Notes under the pieces: generated by a model
Told to the model about the DNA's origin: nothing
Database searches by the model: none
Seen by the model: only the letters and a program-made list of their open reading frames with translations
Shown: in pieces, positions 19,830 to 29,655 of the stretch
Numbering within the stretch: the stretch's first letter is position 1
How the letters are laid out: each line of letters starts with the position of its first letter
NCBI GenBank assembly: GCA_963663765.2
Contig: CAXXUA010000005.1
Location: 896,001 to 960,000 of the forward strand
DNA from: Candidatus Poribacteria bacterium
GTDB lineage: Bacteria; Poribacteria; WGA-4E; WGA-3G
Length of the DNA stretch: 64,000 bases
Reading direction: 5' to 3'
Program-made: the position numbers and the translations under genes

Positions 19830-20462
19830 TTATAGTTTGCTATTTGATTGAAGATCTAACCACTCTGCTATAGCAAAAATATAATCATTGAAGTACTCCA
19901 GGTCTTCAACTTCTAAACGAAGTCCCTGAACGACCTGAGGTAAATCGTTCAGAAAACTTTGGTAACGTTTCCAAATAATTCCACCACCTGGAATGGTCTG
20001 TCGATCCGATACGGTGAGAAGCCAATTTCGAACAACCCTTACCACTTCCTCAGGATTATTGTTATGCACAAAAATATCTTGACCGGAAATATCTGAAATA
20101 AACTTTTGATACCGATACGGTTCTCTATCCAACACAAGGCATTTTTTTGTTTTCTGTTCTTCTATACCGAATCTCTTTGCCCCAAGAAAAATTCCCAACT
20201 CTAAGGGCATGTTAAACCGAGGAAGACCTGAAGTCTCATCTAATTCCGTTCTGGATATATCATGAATCCCATAGCGGCAATCCTCAATAATGTTATAAAT
20301 CTTATCAATCCGAACTTGACTTGTGTCTCCTGCCTCAAGCGCACAACGGGCAATAAAACCGCAATCATGCACGGCAAATATCATTGCATCAAACAAAGGT
20401 TTGTAATCTGAGTCAAACGGACAATTAATAAAAACATTGTTATTATAATGGGTTGAATTCAT
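19830..20462 (-). CDS. TIR / nucleoside 2-deoxyribosyltransferase-like domain protein
   Basis: VFINCPFD, RIDKI...I..CRYGIHDIS, FNMPLELG, SDISGQDI pattern. Confidence 0.65.
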   Translation of the reverse strand: MNSTHYNNNVFINCPFDSDYKPLFDAMIFAVHDCGFIARCALEAGDTSQVRIDKIYNIIEDCRYGIHDISRTELDETSGLPRFNMPLELGIFLGAKRFGIEEQKTKKCLVLDREPYRYQKFISDISGQDIFVHNNNPEEVVRVVRNWLLTVSDRQTIPGGGIIWKRYQSFLNDLPQVVQGLRLEVEDLEYFNDYIFAIAEWLDLQSNSKL

Positions 20463-20570
20463 GAATTCCTACTCGTTTTACATAAGTAGAAGTTTTTTTG
20501 AAAACAATTTAGCACATTCTTTGTAAAGTATACCATAAATTTTATGAATTTTCAATCTTTTGGAAAACCC

Positions 20571-20753
20571 GGGTGTGTAAAGTTTTGGTTACTGTGCGTA
20601 GGGGCGGGGTCTCCCCGCCCGAACAGAAGTTTTACGCGGGCGAGGAGACCTCGCCCCTACGATGTCCACAGTTCCCTAACGTCAAGTAAGCTTTAATAGA
20701 AACTGGACGGACTTCTTTTAAAATCTGGGTTTCTACAAAAACTTTACACACCC
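20571..20753. mobile_element. MITE family A, empty 183-bp allele with GTAG REP doublet
   Basis: TIR gggtgtgtaaagtttt / aaaactttacacaccc; perfect 8-bp TSD gaaaaccc (20563-20570 and 20754-20761). Confidence 0.9.
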
Positions 20754-20772
20754 GAAAACCCAAATGCACCTT

Positions 20773-21390
20773 TCAGTTTGTATCAGTTACGGATTTGAAC
20801 ACAGAATCAACTGCCCCAAAAAGCGTGGATAAATTAGCCAAGGCAAAGTCTGTTCTGTTTTGCGTAAAGGTATCTCCGATAAGTCGTCCAAACTGCCATA
20901 ATGTTCCATCGGTGACAATACCGTACACGGGTAGGGCTGCGCCATCGTTCACTTTTTCAGCATTTATTTTTTGGGCGGCGACTAACTCCACCAGACATTG
21001 CCCCCATCCCTGCTCAAAGTCGTTTTTCTTCGCCTCAACGAGCAGTATCAACGGACTTCCAACAACGGTTTTGCCTAATTCAGATTTAGTAGAGATTAAA
21101 TAATCTGGTGTTCCGCTCAAAATGTCGTCGTAAGTGATGGTTTGCTTTATCCAAAGTGCGTATCGATCGGCATAGGCTTTATAACTCTCCTTCAAAACAG
21201 GAAAGATAATCGTCTCACACCGTGATGCTTCAGACGCAAAAACGTTGATATGTTCTCGGGTAAATTCAAAGTCTTGCAGAAACGCCATCGAAGGCGTTGC
21301 CGGTTCAGCTTCAACGAAGTCATCTTCCGCATAAGTGACTCTGAACTTTTCTTGTACCTCAGAGATTGTCTTAAAATCGCTAAACGCCAT
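20773..21390 (-). CDS. PD-(D/E)XK nuclease-like protein (type I restriction R N-terminal-like)
   Basis: SGTPDYLI...LVEAKK, GWGQC, YGIVTDGTLWQF. Confidence 0.75.
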   Translation of the reverse strand: MAFSDFKTISEVQEKFRVTYAEDDFVEAEPATPSMAFLQDFEFTREHINVFASEASRCETIIFPVLKESYKAYADRYALWIKQTITYDDILSGTPDYLISTKSELGKTVVGSPLILLVEAKKNDFEQGWGQCLVELVAAQKINAEKVNDGAALPVYGIVTDGTLWQFGRLIGDTFTQNRTDFALANLSTLFGAVDSVFKSVTDTN

Positions 21391-21416
21391 GATATTATTC
21401 TCTATTCAAGTCAGAA

Positions 21417-21632
21417 TTAAGCAGATCTCCGTTTTTCAAAAAGTTCATGCCGCAGCAGCATGAGTTGCGATACTTGTAACGTCTCTAAAGCATACGTGCG
21501 ACCTTTGAGATCGCAAAACTCAACTTCAAATACCTCCGGTTCATATACCTCAACAACAGTGCCGACCTGTCCACGGTATAATTTGAGTGTTGGTAGGTCT
21601 TCTATGAGTGCAACCGTATCAAATAGTTTCAT
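21417..21632 (-). CDS. DUF4926 family protein
   Basis: DTVALIEDL...RGQVGTVVEV...FEVEF..GRTYA; GGAG RBS before ATG 21632. Confidence 0.85.
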   Translation of the reverse strand: MKLFDTVALIEDLPTLKLYRGQVGTVVEVYEPEVFEVEFCDLKGRTYALETLQVSQLMLLRHELFEKRRSA

Positions 21633-21770
21633 TGGGTTCTCCATTACAAGTATACCTTATTCTAAACCTATCTGCAAATTATGATTGCTTATGGTGTTAC
21701 GGTACATAAGAGCGTGCCTACTACTTTTAAGTCGTGAGCTGGAGCTCACTCCTACATGAAGATGTAGTAA

Positions 21771-23042
21771 TCAAGCATATAACTTTTGCAGCACCTCAAA
21801 ATAATCAGGAAACGTCTTACTTACACAACCCGGATCATTGATCCGAATACCAGGCACCTTCAACCCGATAAGCGAAAACGCCATCGCTACACGGTGATCG
21901 TCATAAGTATCAATCGTTGCGGGTGTAATCGGAGAAGGAGAAATCTCAAGTCCATCTTGATGTTCAACCACAGACACACCCAATTTTCGCAGTTCTATCA
22001 CCATCGCGTGAATCCTGTCCGTCTCTTGCCAGCGAGTATGCTCAATGTTTCGGATAGTGACTTTGCTATCAGCAAACGGGGCAATCGCAGCAAGCGTCAA
22101 CGCAGTATCCGAAATGTCTTTCATATCAACATCAATACCTTTCAACTGATGAGGTCCCCGAACACTAATACCAGCATCAGAAGCAGAGACTTGGCACCCC
22201 ATCTGTTCTAATTTGTGGATAAATTGTACATCCCCTTGTGCAGAACTTGTGGATAAGTGCTTTACGGTTACACATCCCCCCGTAAGTGCTGCAGCAGCGA
22301 AGAAGTAGGACGCACTGGAAGCATCAGGTTCAATGTGATAAGTACGCGCTTGATATTGCTGTCCATCAGCAATGTGGAAATGTTGATAACCTGTGTGGAT
22401 AACCTGTGCATTGAATGCCTCCATTACCGACATCGTAATGTCAATATAAGGCGTTTTGAGATCGCCGACGACCTCAATCTCCATACCGTTTTTAGCACAC
22501 GGAGCAACAAGCAGCAACGCAGTTAAAAACTGGCTGCTTTTACTGGCATCAAGTTTGGTTTTTCCTCCTTCAAGTCCTTGCGCTTCAACAATCACAGGGA
22601 GATGACCATTCTCAAATTTGGACCGGACATTAACACCAAGCAATCGCAACGCATCAAGCAAATCTGACATCGGACGACTGCGCCGCATCGGTTCATCACC
22701 ATCAATCACAAACTTGCCGTGACCGAGAGAAACGAAACTGATAAGCGATCGTGTCGTCGTCCCTGAATTCCCTACATAGAGGTCAGCACCCTGAGCAGGA
22801 ATACGTCCAGCATGTCCTGACACATGAAAGGACGCTTGTTCCCTATTTTCTGTAATAGAGAACCCCAGTTTTCGGAGGGCATTGCACATATAGTGCGTAT
22901 CATCACTGAAAAGCGCACCTGTCAACGTTGACTCTCCGTGTGCAAGTGCAGCAACTAACAGTGCACGATTGGTATAACTTTTTGAACCAGGAACTTCTAT
23001 GGTAGTGTTTGGTGGGGTGTTAATCGGTTGTATTTCTATCAT
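21771..23042 (-). CDS. aroA: 3-phosphoshikimate 1-carboxyvinyltransferase (EPSP synthase)
   Basis: PGSKSYTNRAL, GNSGT, SSQF, EPDASSA, ETDRI, DDHRVAM, KTFPDYF. Confidence 0.97.
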   Translation of the reverse strand: MIEIQPINTPPNTTIEVPGSKSYTNRALLVAALAHGESTLTGALFSDDTHYMCNALRKLGFSITENREQASFHVSGHAGRIPAQGADLYVGNSGTTTRSLISFVSLGHGKFVIDGDEPMRRSRPMSDLLDALRLLGVNVRSKFENGHLPVIVEAQGLEGGKTKLDASKSSQFLTALLLVAPCAKNGMEIEVVGDLKTPYIDITMSVMEAFNAQVIHTGYQHFHIADGQQYQARTYHIEPDASSASYFFAAAALTGGCVTVKHLSTSSAQGDVQFIHKLEQMGCQVSASDAGISVRGPHQLKGIDVDMKDISDTALTLAAIAPFADSKVTIRNIEHTRWQETDRIHAMVIELRKLGVSVVEHQDGLEISPSPITPATIDTYDDHRVAMAFSLIGLKVPGIRINDPGCVSKTFPDYFEVLQKLYA

Positions 23043-23049
23043 GTAACAT

Positions 23050-23964
23050 TTAGTGCAAGATACCTAAATCAGCAAGCAACGTAGTGAGTTCCGTTTTGGC
23101 AGTATCACTAACAGGCAGCAGCGGACTTGTCGTATATGCATTGCATATATCCATAATCTCCAAGCATGCCTTAATACCACTAACCCCTTGTCCATAATTA
23201 TAAAGTTTGCTAAGTTTGACGAAGAAACTTTGGAGTCTCTCAACTTCATCAATATCACGGTCTTTCGCGGCGTTGTAGAGTGCAACTGCTTCCTTTGGAG
23301 CGACATTGGAAATTGAGATGATACCACCTTCAGCACCGAATAGCACCGCTGCCCCAACAAGAAAATGCGAACCGATCATAATGGAAAAGTCCTGACGATC
23401 ACCTAAAAGTGTCGATAAATTCAAGAAGTTCACCCAATCAGCAGAACTATCTTTTATACCGACGATGTTATCACATTCTTCTGCCAACTGTGCAACCACA
23501 CGCGGTTTAATAAAGGTCTTAGCCGTAACAGGAATATTGTAAATCATTACTGGGAGATCAGTGCTTGCGGTGACCGCCTTATAGAACTGGATTATATCCG
23601 CGTCATCAACGGAGGGATAATAGTAACACGGAGTCGTAGCAACAGCATCAAACCCAAATTGTTGTGCGATTTCTATGTTTTGTATCACGCGTTGTGTGCT
23701 GGTATCCATTACACAACAGATAACTGGAACCCGTCCTGCAATAGTCTTACTCGCAATGTCCATTGCACGTTCCCGCTCTGCTTGCACCAACGTCGTGAAC
23801 TCACCAGAGGAACCCAGCAGATAAATGCCGTGAACGCCACTATCAATCAAGCGGGTAAGTTGTCTTACAAACCCAAGTTCGTCAACACGTTCTTTTTCAT
23901 CCAAGGGTGTCACCGTAGGTGCGAAAATACCTTCATATTGAATATCCATTGTTGTCCCTTTCAT
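23050..23964 (-). CDS. Dihydrodipicolinate synthase / N-acetylneuraminate lyase family aldolase
   Basis: VTP, LGSSGEF, IYNIP, GIKDSS. Confidence 0.88.
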   Translation of the reverse strand: MKGTTMDIQYEGIFAPTVTPLDEKERVDELGFVRQLTRLIDSGVHGIYLLGSSGEFTTLVQAERERAMDIASKTIAGRVPVICCVMDTSTQRVIQNIEIAQQFGFDAVATTPCYYYPSVDDADIIQFYKAVTASTDLPVMIYNIPVTAKTFIKPRVVAQLAEECDNIVGIKDSSADWVNFLNLSTLLGDRQDFSIMIGSHFLVGAAVLFGAEGGIISISNVAPKEAVALYNAAKDRDIDEVERLQSFFVKLSKLYNYGQGVSGIKACLEIMDICNAYTTSPLLPVSDTAKTELTTLLADLGILH

Positions 23965-24080
23965 ATTTATTGGAAATATACCTTAAATGCAGTTTAACAA
24001 AGCACGAATTAAATGTCAATAACTTCCAATAATGTGCTATCATTATATTGGTATTTAGAACCTTTGCGGAATAATGACTT

Positions 24081-25871
24081 ATGAAAATCAGAACACAACT
24101 CGCACTTAGCTACATAGGTATCGTCCTTCTCGTGCTACTTGCTGTCTACTTTTTTCTTGGAGAAGCACTAAAAGGACTACTCAGCGATCGCATTACCAAT
24201 GAGTTGAAAGTGCAGGCTGCACTCACAAGAGAGTTCTTGGTTGAGGCACTCCCTAAAGAAGAGAACTTTACATATCAAGCAATTGATGGACTTGTAGACC
24301 GTCTCGGACAAACAGGAAATGTCCGTTTGACCTTTATTGGGGAAGATGGCACTGTCTGGGGGGATACAGAACGGGATGGACAATTACTACTCGAGATGGA
24401 CAACCACCTTTCACGGCCAGAAGTGCGGGAGGCTATTGAGAAAGGCAGCGGAATTCAAAACAGACGTAGTGACACAACAAACATAGAATACCGTTACTAT
24501 GTGCTGCCTACTGAACAAAATGGAAAATCTATAGGATATTGTCGGGTAGCACTGCCGATAGAAACGTTAAATACCGCTCTTGGCAACCTACAACGTTTGC
24601 TACTGTATACAATCATAGCTGGATCGGTTCTGGTAATCTTGTTCGGTATTTTTAGCACCGGTGCAATCGTCAAACCGATTAACAAATTAACGCAGATCAC
24701 ACAATCCATCGCTGCTGGAGAAAGTACTTCTCGCGTTGAAGTAATATCTGAAAACGAACTCGGACAACTCTCAAGACATTTCAATCTCATGACAGATAGA
24801 GTTCAACAACAGATTGACATGATCTCCTTAGAAAATCAACGTTTAGAAACCATCTTGAACAATATGAGCGAAGGTGTCCTGTTGGTAAATGGTGCATCAG
24901 AAATAACTTATGCGAATCCTGCCGCTGTGGTCATGTTGAACCTACCAGATGAATATATCGGCAGAGCATTGATTGAAATTAACCGCATTCCTGAACTGCA
25001 GGCTCTACTTATGGCAGCAGAACAGACTGACACCGTTGCTTTTGCCGAAATACGTCTTGCCAATCTCACTGAGTCAGAGGCGGAAGTGACAATCGTTCCC
25101 GTAGCCGCCGAGAGTGAGTATGTTATCGTCATCCATGATGTTAGCCATGTCCGAAAATTAGAACGTATCCGTGCTGATTTCGTAGCAAATGTTTCACACG
25201 AATTACGTACACCTTTGACTACAATACACGGTTATGCCGAAACACTGTTGAACAACAGTTCTATCAAAAACAAGAAACGTAAAGAGTTCATTATAAAAAT
25301 ACTAAACCATTCTTCTCGTCTAACACGATTGGTCTCTGATTTGCTGGAATTAGCACGGCTTGAATCTGGCGATGTAGAGTTGACACGGGAACTATGCCAT
25401 CTCAATGATTTCCATGAACAAATATTAGATGTATTTGAACCGGTATTAGAAGAGTCAGATTTAGTCTTGAATTGGAATATACCCGAGGACTTACCTGAAA
25501 TAAGTGTTGACAAGCAACTTTTCATGCAGGTTTTCGTCAATCTCATTGACAATGCAGTAAAATATACACCTGATGGAGGAGAAATTGACGTATCCGCAGA
25601 AAAGGGAGGAACAGATACGGACATCGCTGATGAAATCGTAGTCCATATCAAAGATGCTGGAATCGGAATCCCATTAGAATCCCAATCCCGCGTTTTTGAG
25701 CGGTTTTATCGGGTTGACAAAGGACGCGCACGCAAAATGGGGGGTACCGGTTTAGGGTTGGCAATTGCAAAACATATCTTACTGTGCCACAACGGACGGA
25801 TATGGTTGGAAAGCGAATTGGGACAAGGTACTGTCTTTCATTTTGCAATACCGCTTGGAAAACTACGTTAA
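24081..25871 (+). CDS. phoR: PhoR-like sensor histidine kinase (periplasmic sensor, HAMP, PAS, HisKA, HATPase)
   Basis: MDNHLSRPEV, DFVANVSHELRTPLT, NLIDNAVKYT, FERFYRVDKGR, GGTGLGL; no adjacent regulator. Confidence 0.8.
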   Translation: MKIRTQLALSYIGIVLLVLLAVYFFLGEALKGLLSDRITNELKVQAALTREFLVEALPKEENFTYQAIDGLVDRLGQTGNVRLTFIGEDGTVWGDTERDGQLLLEMDNHLSRPEVREAIEKGSGIQNRRSDTTNIEYRYYVLPTEQNGKSIGYCRVALPIETLNTALGNLQRLLLYTIIAGSVLVILFGIFSTGAIVKPINKLTQITQSIAAGESTSRVEVISENELGQLSRHFNLMTDRVQQQIDMISLENQRLETILNNMSEGVLLVNGASEITYANPAAVVMLNLPDEYIGRALIEINRIPELQALLMAAEQTDTVAFAEIRLANLTESEAEVTIVPVAAESEYVIVIHDVSHVRKLERIRADFVANVSHELRTPLTTIHGYAETLLNNSSIKNKKRKEFIIKILNHSSRLTRLVSDLLELARLESGDVELTRELCHLNDFHEQILDVFEPVLEESDLVLNWNIPEDLPEISVDKQLFMQVFVNLIDNAVKYTPDGGEIDVSAEKGGTDTDIADEIVVHIKDAGIGIPLESQSRVFERFYRVDKGRARKMGGTGLGLAIAKHILLCHNGRIWLESELGQGTVFHFAIPLGKLR

Positions 25872-26545
25872 ATCTGCCATACTTGTTCTGTCCATGCCAT
25901 CTCCCAGAACAAGTATTCATAACGACTGCTCATCAGAAAATGTTGCTGAAGTCGCTCTTTTTCATCAGAACTACATTCAGTTGTAATGTCGTTTAACAAG
26001 TTGCGTAACCATTCACCTAAAGCAAGGAATTCAGCAGAAGCATACATATCTATCCATTCTTGGTAAAACGGTTCAGGAGAACCTCCTTGTTCAGCAAGTG
26101 ATGTACCGATCTCTGCATAACCCCATTGGCACGGAAGTACCCCAGCGATCACATCTGCTAAAGTGCCAACTTGTGCCACGTGGAGTATGTGCCGCGTATA
26201 CGCATGCGTTGTCGGTGCAACCGGTGCCGATTCCATCTCAGCGGGAGAAATACCGAACTTCTCACAATACCCACGATGCAAATCCATCTCCGTGTTTAAC
26301 GTCTCGTTGAGTAGTTGTGAAAAGAGTGCCATTGTTGCTTCATCATGTGCTTTGATAACGCCATAAGCAAATACACGACTATAGTCTAATAGAAACAGGT
26401 AATCCTGGATCAGATAGTATTTGAACTTTTTCTTCGGCAACGTCCCATCTGCAATGCCGCGAACAAATGGATGCCTAAGATCCGCCTGCCAGATGGGTGA
26501 CGCAAATTGCCGCAACGCATCGGTGAATTTTGTATGTTGTGTCAT
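25868..26545 (-). CDS. tenA: Thiaminase II / aminopyrimidine aminohydrolase
   Basis: HPFV...GTL, YLIQDYLFL, AYT, LPCQWGYAEIG, WIDMY, EYLFWEMA. Confidence 0.93.
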   Translation of the reverse strand: MTQHTKFTDALRQFASPIWQADLRHPFVRGIADGTLPKKKFKYYLIQDYLFLLDYSRVFAYGVIKAHDEATMALFSQLLNETLNTEMDLHRGYCEKFGISPAEMESAPVAPTTHAYTRHILHVAQVGTLADVIAGVLPCQWGYAEIGTSLAEQGGSPEPFYQEWIDMYASAEFLALGEWLRNLLNDITTECSSDEKERLQQHFLMSSRYEYLFWEMAWTEQVWQI

Positions 26546-26644
26546 ATCAACTCCATAGTAACATCGGAAAATGTCGTATTGAATGTGTAAAGAATATCAA
26601 TAAATACCTTGTATATCATAACTTAATACCATAAGGATGTCAAA

Positions 26645-27559
26645 ATGTTTGAAAGACTGGGGATCGTCACCAACATCTGGACAAATGAGATAGCTAACGG
26701 TGAACGATTTGATGATCTGATGCTGGAATTCGGTGAAAATGGATTTAGAGACATGGAGGTGCGCGAAGGTCAATACCTGCGAAACTCCGAATTCGGAAGA
26801 ACCATTCAAAAAATAGAAAACGCAATACCTGAATACACAAATAAAGAGTTCAAGAATATCTGCAACGACTTGTGGGGTAAGGGTTTTGATCCGAATGAGA
26901 CAAAACATTCCGCACTATTTACAGAGGTTGCAGGCTTCGTTGAAAAAGCATCGGGATTGACTTTGAGCTACGCAATGTCACATCCGTGGCTATCCAAACC
27001 TACCGATATTGATATAGACACACAAAAAATCATCGTCGCCAAGAAGTTGGCATATCTACTATGTCCTTCACGCGCAAGATTGCGTCTTGTAGATTTGGAA
27101 ACTGAAGGTGAAATTGACCACAATACAGCAATTTCCAACCTAAAACGCTATAAATCGCTATTACCGGAGTATCCGATGATTTTCGCTGTGGAAAATGCAA
27201 GGCAGGCAGCAACATTCACCATGCAACTTGCAATTGCAGGTGGCGCGAAATTGACCTATGACGAAACAAATACCTACCGTAGTGACGGCACAACTCTAAA
27301 TCCACCTGAAGCGTTTTGGAAGAATGTCAAAATGGATGACCTTACGTCTGTTCATTTCAAACAGAAAACAGAAGACGGTGTGTTATCTGAAGTAGGTAGT
27401 GGGTATGTGGATTTCAAAGCAATTGCACAACGATTGCAGACAGCAAACTATGAGGGAGACCTACTGCTTGAAAACGCACCAACCACTCATTCGTTGAAAG
27501 ATGCAATAAACAGTAGGGAATATTTTACTCACCTGTTGACTGAAATTAACCAACGATGA
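26645..27559 (+). CDS. Divergent xylose-isomerase-like TIM barrel protein
   Basis: AVEN, TYD..N, VHFKQ, G.G.VDF, YEGDLLLE. Confidence 0.65.
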   Translation: MFERLGIVTNIWTNEIANGERFDDLMLEFGENGFRDMEVREGQYLRNSEFGRTIQKIENAIPEYTNKEFKNICNDLWGKGFDPNETKHSALFTEVAGFVEKASGLTLSYAMSHPWLSKPTDIDIDTQKIIVAKKLAYLLCPSRARLRLVDLETEGEIDHNTAISNLKRYKSLLPEYPMIFAVENARQAATFTMQLAIAGGAKLTYDETNTYRSDGTTLNPPEAFWKNVKMDDLTSVHFKQKTEDGVLSEVGSGYVDFKAIAQRLQTANYEGDLLLENAPTTHSLKDAINSREYFTHLLTEINQR

Positions 27560-27584
27560 CCAACTCACTTATTGTAACACAGGA

Positions 27585-27992
27585 TTATAAAACTTCTCTG
27601 ATTTTCGCGGCAATTCCACCGATTTCTTCAATATCGCCTTCACTCGGTTTCCACGGCAACCGCAAAGGGTCGTCCTCCCATCGCGGAATCAGATGCAGAT
27701 GAAAATGAAAGACTGTCTGAAAACCTGCCGCTTCATTGGATTGGAATAGGTTAAGTCCGTCTGGCTTCAACGTTTCCCGAATTGCTGTAGCAAGTGGCAC
27801 CGCAGCTTCCATAATTTTGCTGCCAACCTCCACTGGCATATCATAAATATTCCGATAATGTTGCTTCGGAATAATGAGGAGGTGTCCAGGGTTGGCAGGG
27901 GCAATGTCCATAAAAGCAAAAACATGCTCGTTTTCATACACCTTTGCAGAGGGTATCTTACCCGCAACAATCGCACAAAAAATACATTCCAT
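27585..27992 (-). CDS. HIT family hydrolase
   Basis: CIFC, DIAP..PGHLLIIPK, QTVFHFHLHLIPR; ATG 27992 preferred. Confidence 0.93.
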   Translation of the reverse strand: MECIFCAIVAGKIPSAKVYENEHVFAFMDIAPANPGHLLIIPKQHYRNIYDMPVEVGSKIMEAAVPLATAIRETLKPDGLNLFQSNEAAGFQTVFHFHLHLIPRWEDDPLRLPWKPSEGDIEEIGGIAAKIREVL

Positions 27993-28249
27993 AATTTTAT
28001 AACTCCACATATATTTACAGCATGTTAGCAAATTTAGGTCTGAATTTCAACAATTTATCTGAATTCAGACAAAATAAATTTGACGTGTTTCTTACTGTAT
28101 GATACCCTTTAAAACATCCCCAAGTGGTATTCTATTTAGATCTCATAAAGATACTGATATTTCTGAAACTTATTAACATTTAGTGTCGTTTTAAATAGCG
28201 AAACTGTTACAGAATTCCTTTGACGAATATGCAAAGGAGGCATTTTGTC

Positions 28250-28867
28250 ATGGCGCGACAAGCCAAAAATGAACTCTCGGCTACAGAAGATACTTATTTG
28301 GCAACACAAGCCAAAGAAGGCAACGAAGCTGCGTTTAGCCAACTTTTTGAAAAACACTATCATTGGGTATATAGCAAAGCTTATCGCATGCTATCAGATC
28401 ACCAAGATACAGAAGAAGTTAGTCTGGATGTGTTTACAAAAGTCTGGCAAAAATTGCAGAACGATAAGTGGGACCCAAAAAAGGGAAGTTTCCAAGCCTG
28501 GTTAAATATAGTAGCCAAACATACAGTTATTGATGCAATACGTAGAAGGGATAGAATCCGTGAATCCCTACTCACACTTGAAGAGCAAGATGATAGACCA
28601 CTCAATGAGTTTGAAGATGCGCGCCCTGGCCCAGACAAACACATCATCGCCCAAGAAGCACAAGAAATCTTGGAAAATGCACTGGAACAGGTCACAAAAC
28701 CAAACCACCGTATCGCATGGATATTACGACATTTAGAAGGATGCAGTGTCGCTGAAATTTCACGAATTTTAAACAGAAAAGATGGCACCGTCAAAATATG
28801 GATATTCAGGTGCACACAAGAATTACGTCAAATTTTAGTCAATAAAGGTATCCAATGGATTCATTAG
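28250..28867 (+). CDS. ECF RNA polymerase sigma factor
   Basis: GNEAAFSQL, DVFTKVW, FQAWL, EISRIL...GTVKIWIFR; AAGGAGG RBS before ATG 28250. Confidence 0.92.
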   Translation: MARQAKNELSATEDTYLATQAKEGNEAAFSQLFEKHYHWVYSKAYRMLSDHQDTEEVSLDVFTKVWQKLQNDKWDPKKGSFQAWLNIVAKHTVIDAIRRRDRIRESLLTLEEQDDRPLNEFEDARPGPDKHIIAQEAQEILENALEQVTKPNHRIAWILRHLEGCSVAEISRILNRKDGTVKIWIFRCTQELRQILVNKGIQWIH

Positions 28868-28894
28868 AATTACTTAACATGGAGGATTAACTTT

Positions 28895-29536
28895 ATGCGG
28901 TTTTTTAGTAAAACGCCTAAGTCCCCTCGGTATACCGATACCGATAGAAAAGAATCTGAGATATTAGAAGCATATACCTGCTGGTTGAAGAACGAAAAAC
29001 TTAGCCGAAAGCAGAAAAATCTTCTAAAGAACATACAGGAATCAACGCATTTTCACAATTTGAAAGAATTGGTTGATTTTGCACACTATCGTTTCCAGGA
29101 AACAGCAAGCATTACACCTTGTCCCGGTTCAAAGGAACGTGTCGCAGAGAAATTGATGGAAGCCATCAGAGGTGAAGCATCAGGAACTACTGCCGAATTG
29201 CCGGCAGCCCTTACCCCACAGCCCGCATACAGTCCACAAGCAATGGGTAACGTAGATACCGATGTATTCCCAACAACGAAAACACCTCCCACAGACGAGG
29301 AGTTGAACCTATGGCAAAATCTTGAAACGAGTAAAAAGGCTGATATCCGGACACTTGCACATCTGAATCTCTCCTTTGAGATACAAGATGACGAAGTTTC
29401 TATCACAGATTTAGGAAGTTCAACACCAACGTATGTTGAAGGCGTTCGCGTAAAAGATACCGCACCCATTGAAGAAGGTTCAGAGTTTAAGTGTGGAGAT
29501 ATTACATTCCAAGTAATTGATATCAAGGACTCATAA
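28895..29536 (+). CDS. Soluble protein in the anti-sigma position with partial/degenerate C-terminal FHA domain
   Basis: ITDLGSSTPTYVEG...IEEGSEFKCGDITF matches the second half of an FHA fold. Confidence 0.65.
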   Translation: MRFFSKTPKSPRYTDTDRKESEILEAYTCWLKNEKLSRKQKNLLKNIQESTHFHNLKELVDFAHYRFQETASITPCPGSKERVAEKLMEAIRGEASGTTAELPAALTPQPAYSPQAMGNVDTDVFPTTKTPPTDEELNLWQNLETSKKADIRTLAHLNLSFEIQDDEVSITDLGSSTPTYVEGVRVKDTAPIEEGSEFKCGDITFQVIDIKDS

Positions 29537-29557
29537 ATTATCTTAGGTGGAATAGGG

Positions 29558-29623
29558 GGAGGAGTTAAAGAAATTACATCACACTTACATGATGCAATGT
29601 GATGTAATCCTACTCCTCCTTTT
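29558..29623 (+). terminator. Long hairpin followed by T-run (probable intrinsic terminator)
   Basis: ggaggagt..ttacatcaca / tgtgatgtaa..actcctcc then tttt. Confidence 0.55.
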
Positions 29624-29655
29624 GTTCTTTTTTATCTGGTAAAATCATAGAATCT

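Noticed and set aside
18942-21632. Integron cassette array
   Set aside because: No attC-like RYYYAAC...GTTRRRY structures between the genes and no integrase; the shared CTTAATTCTG at two stop codons is too short to support it
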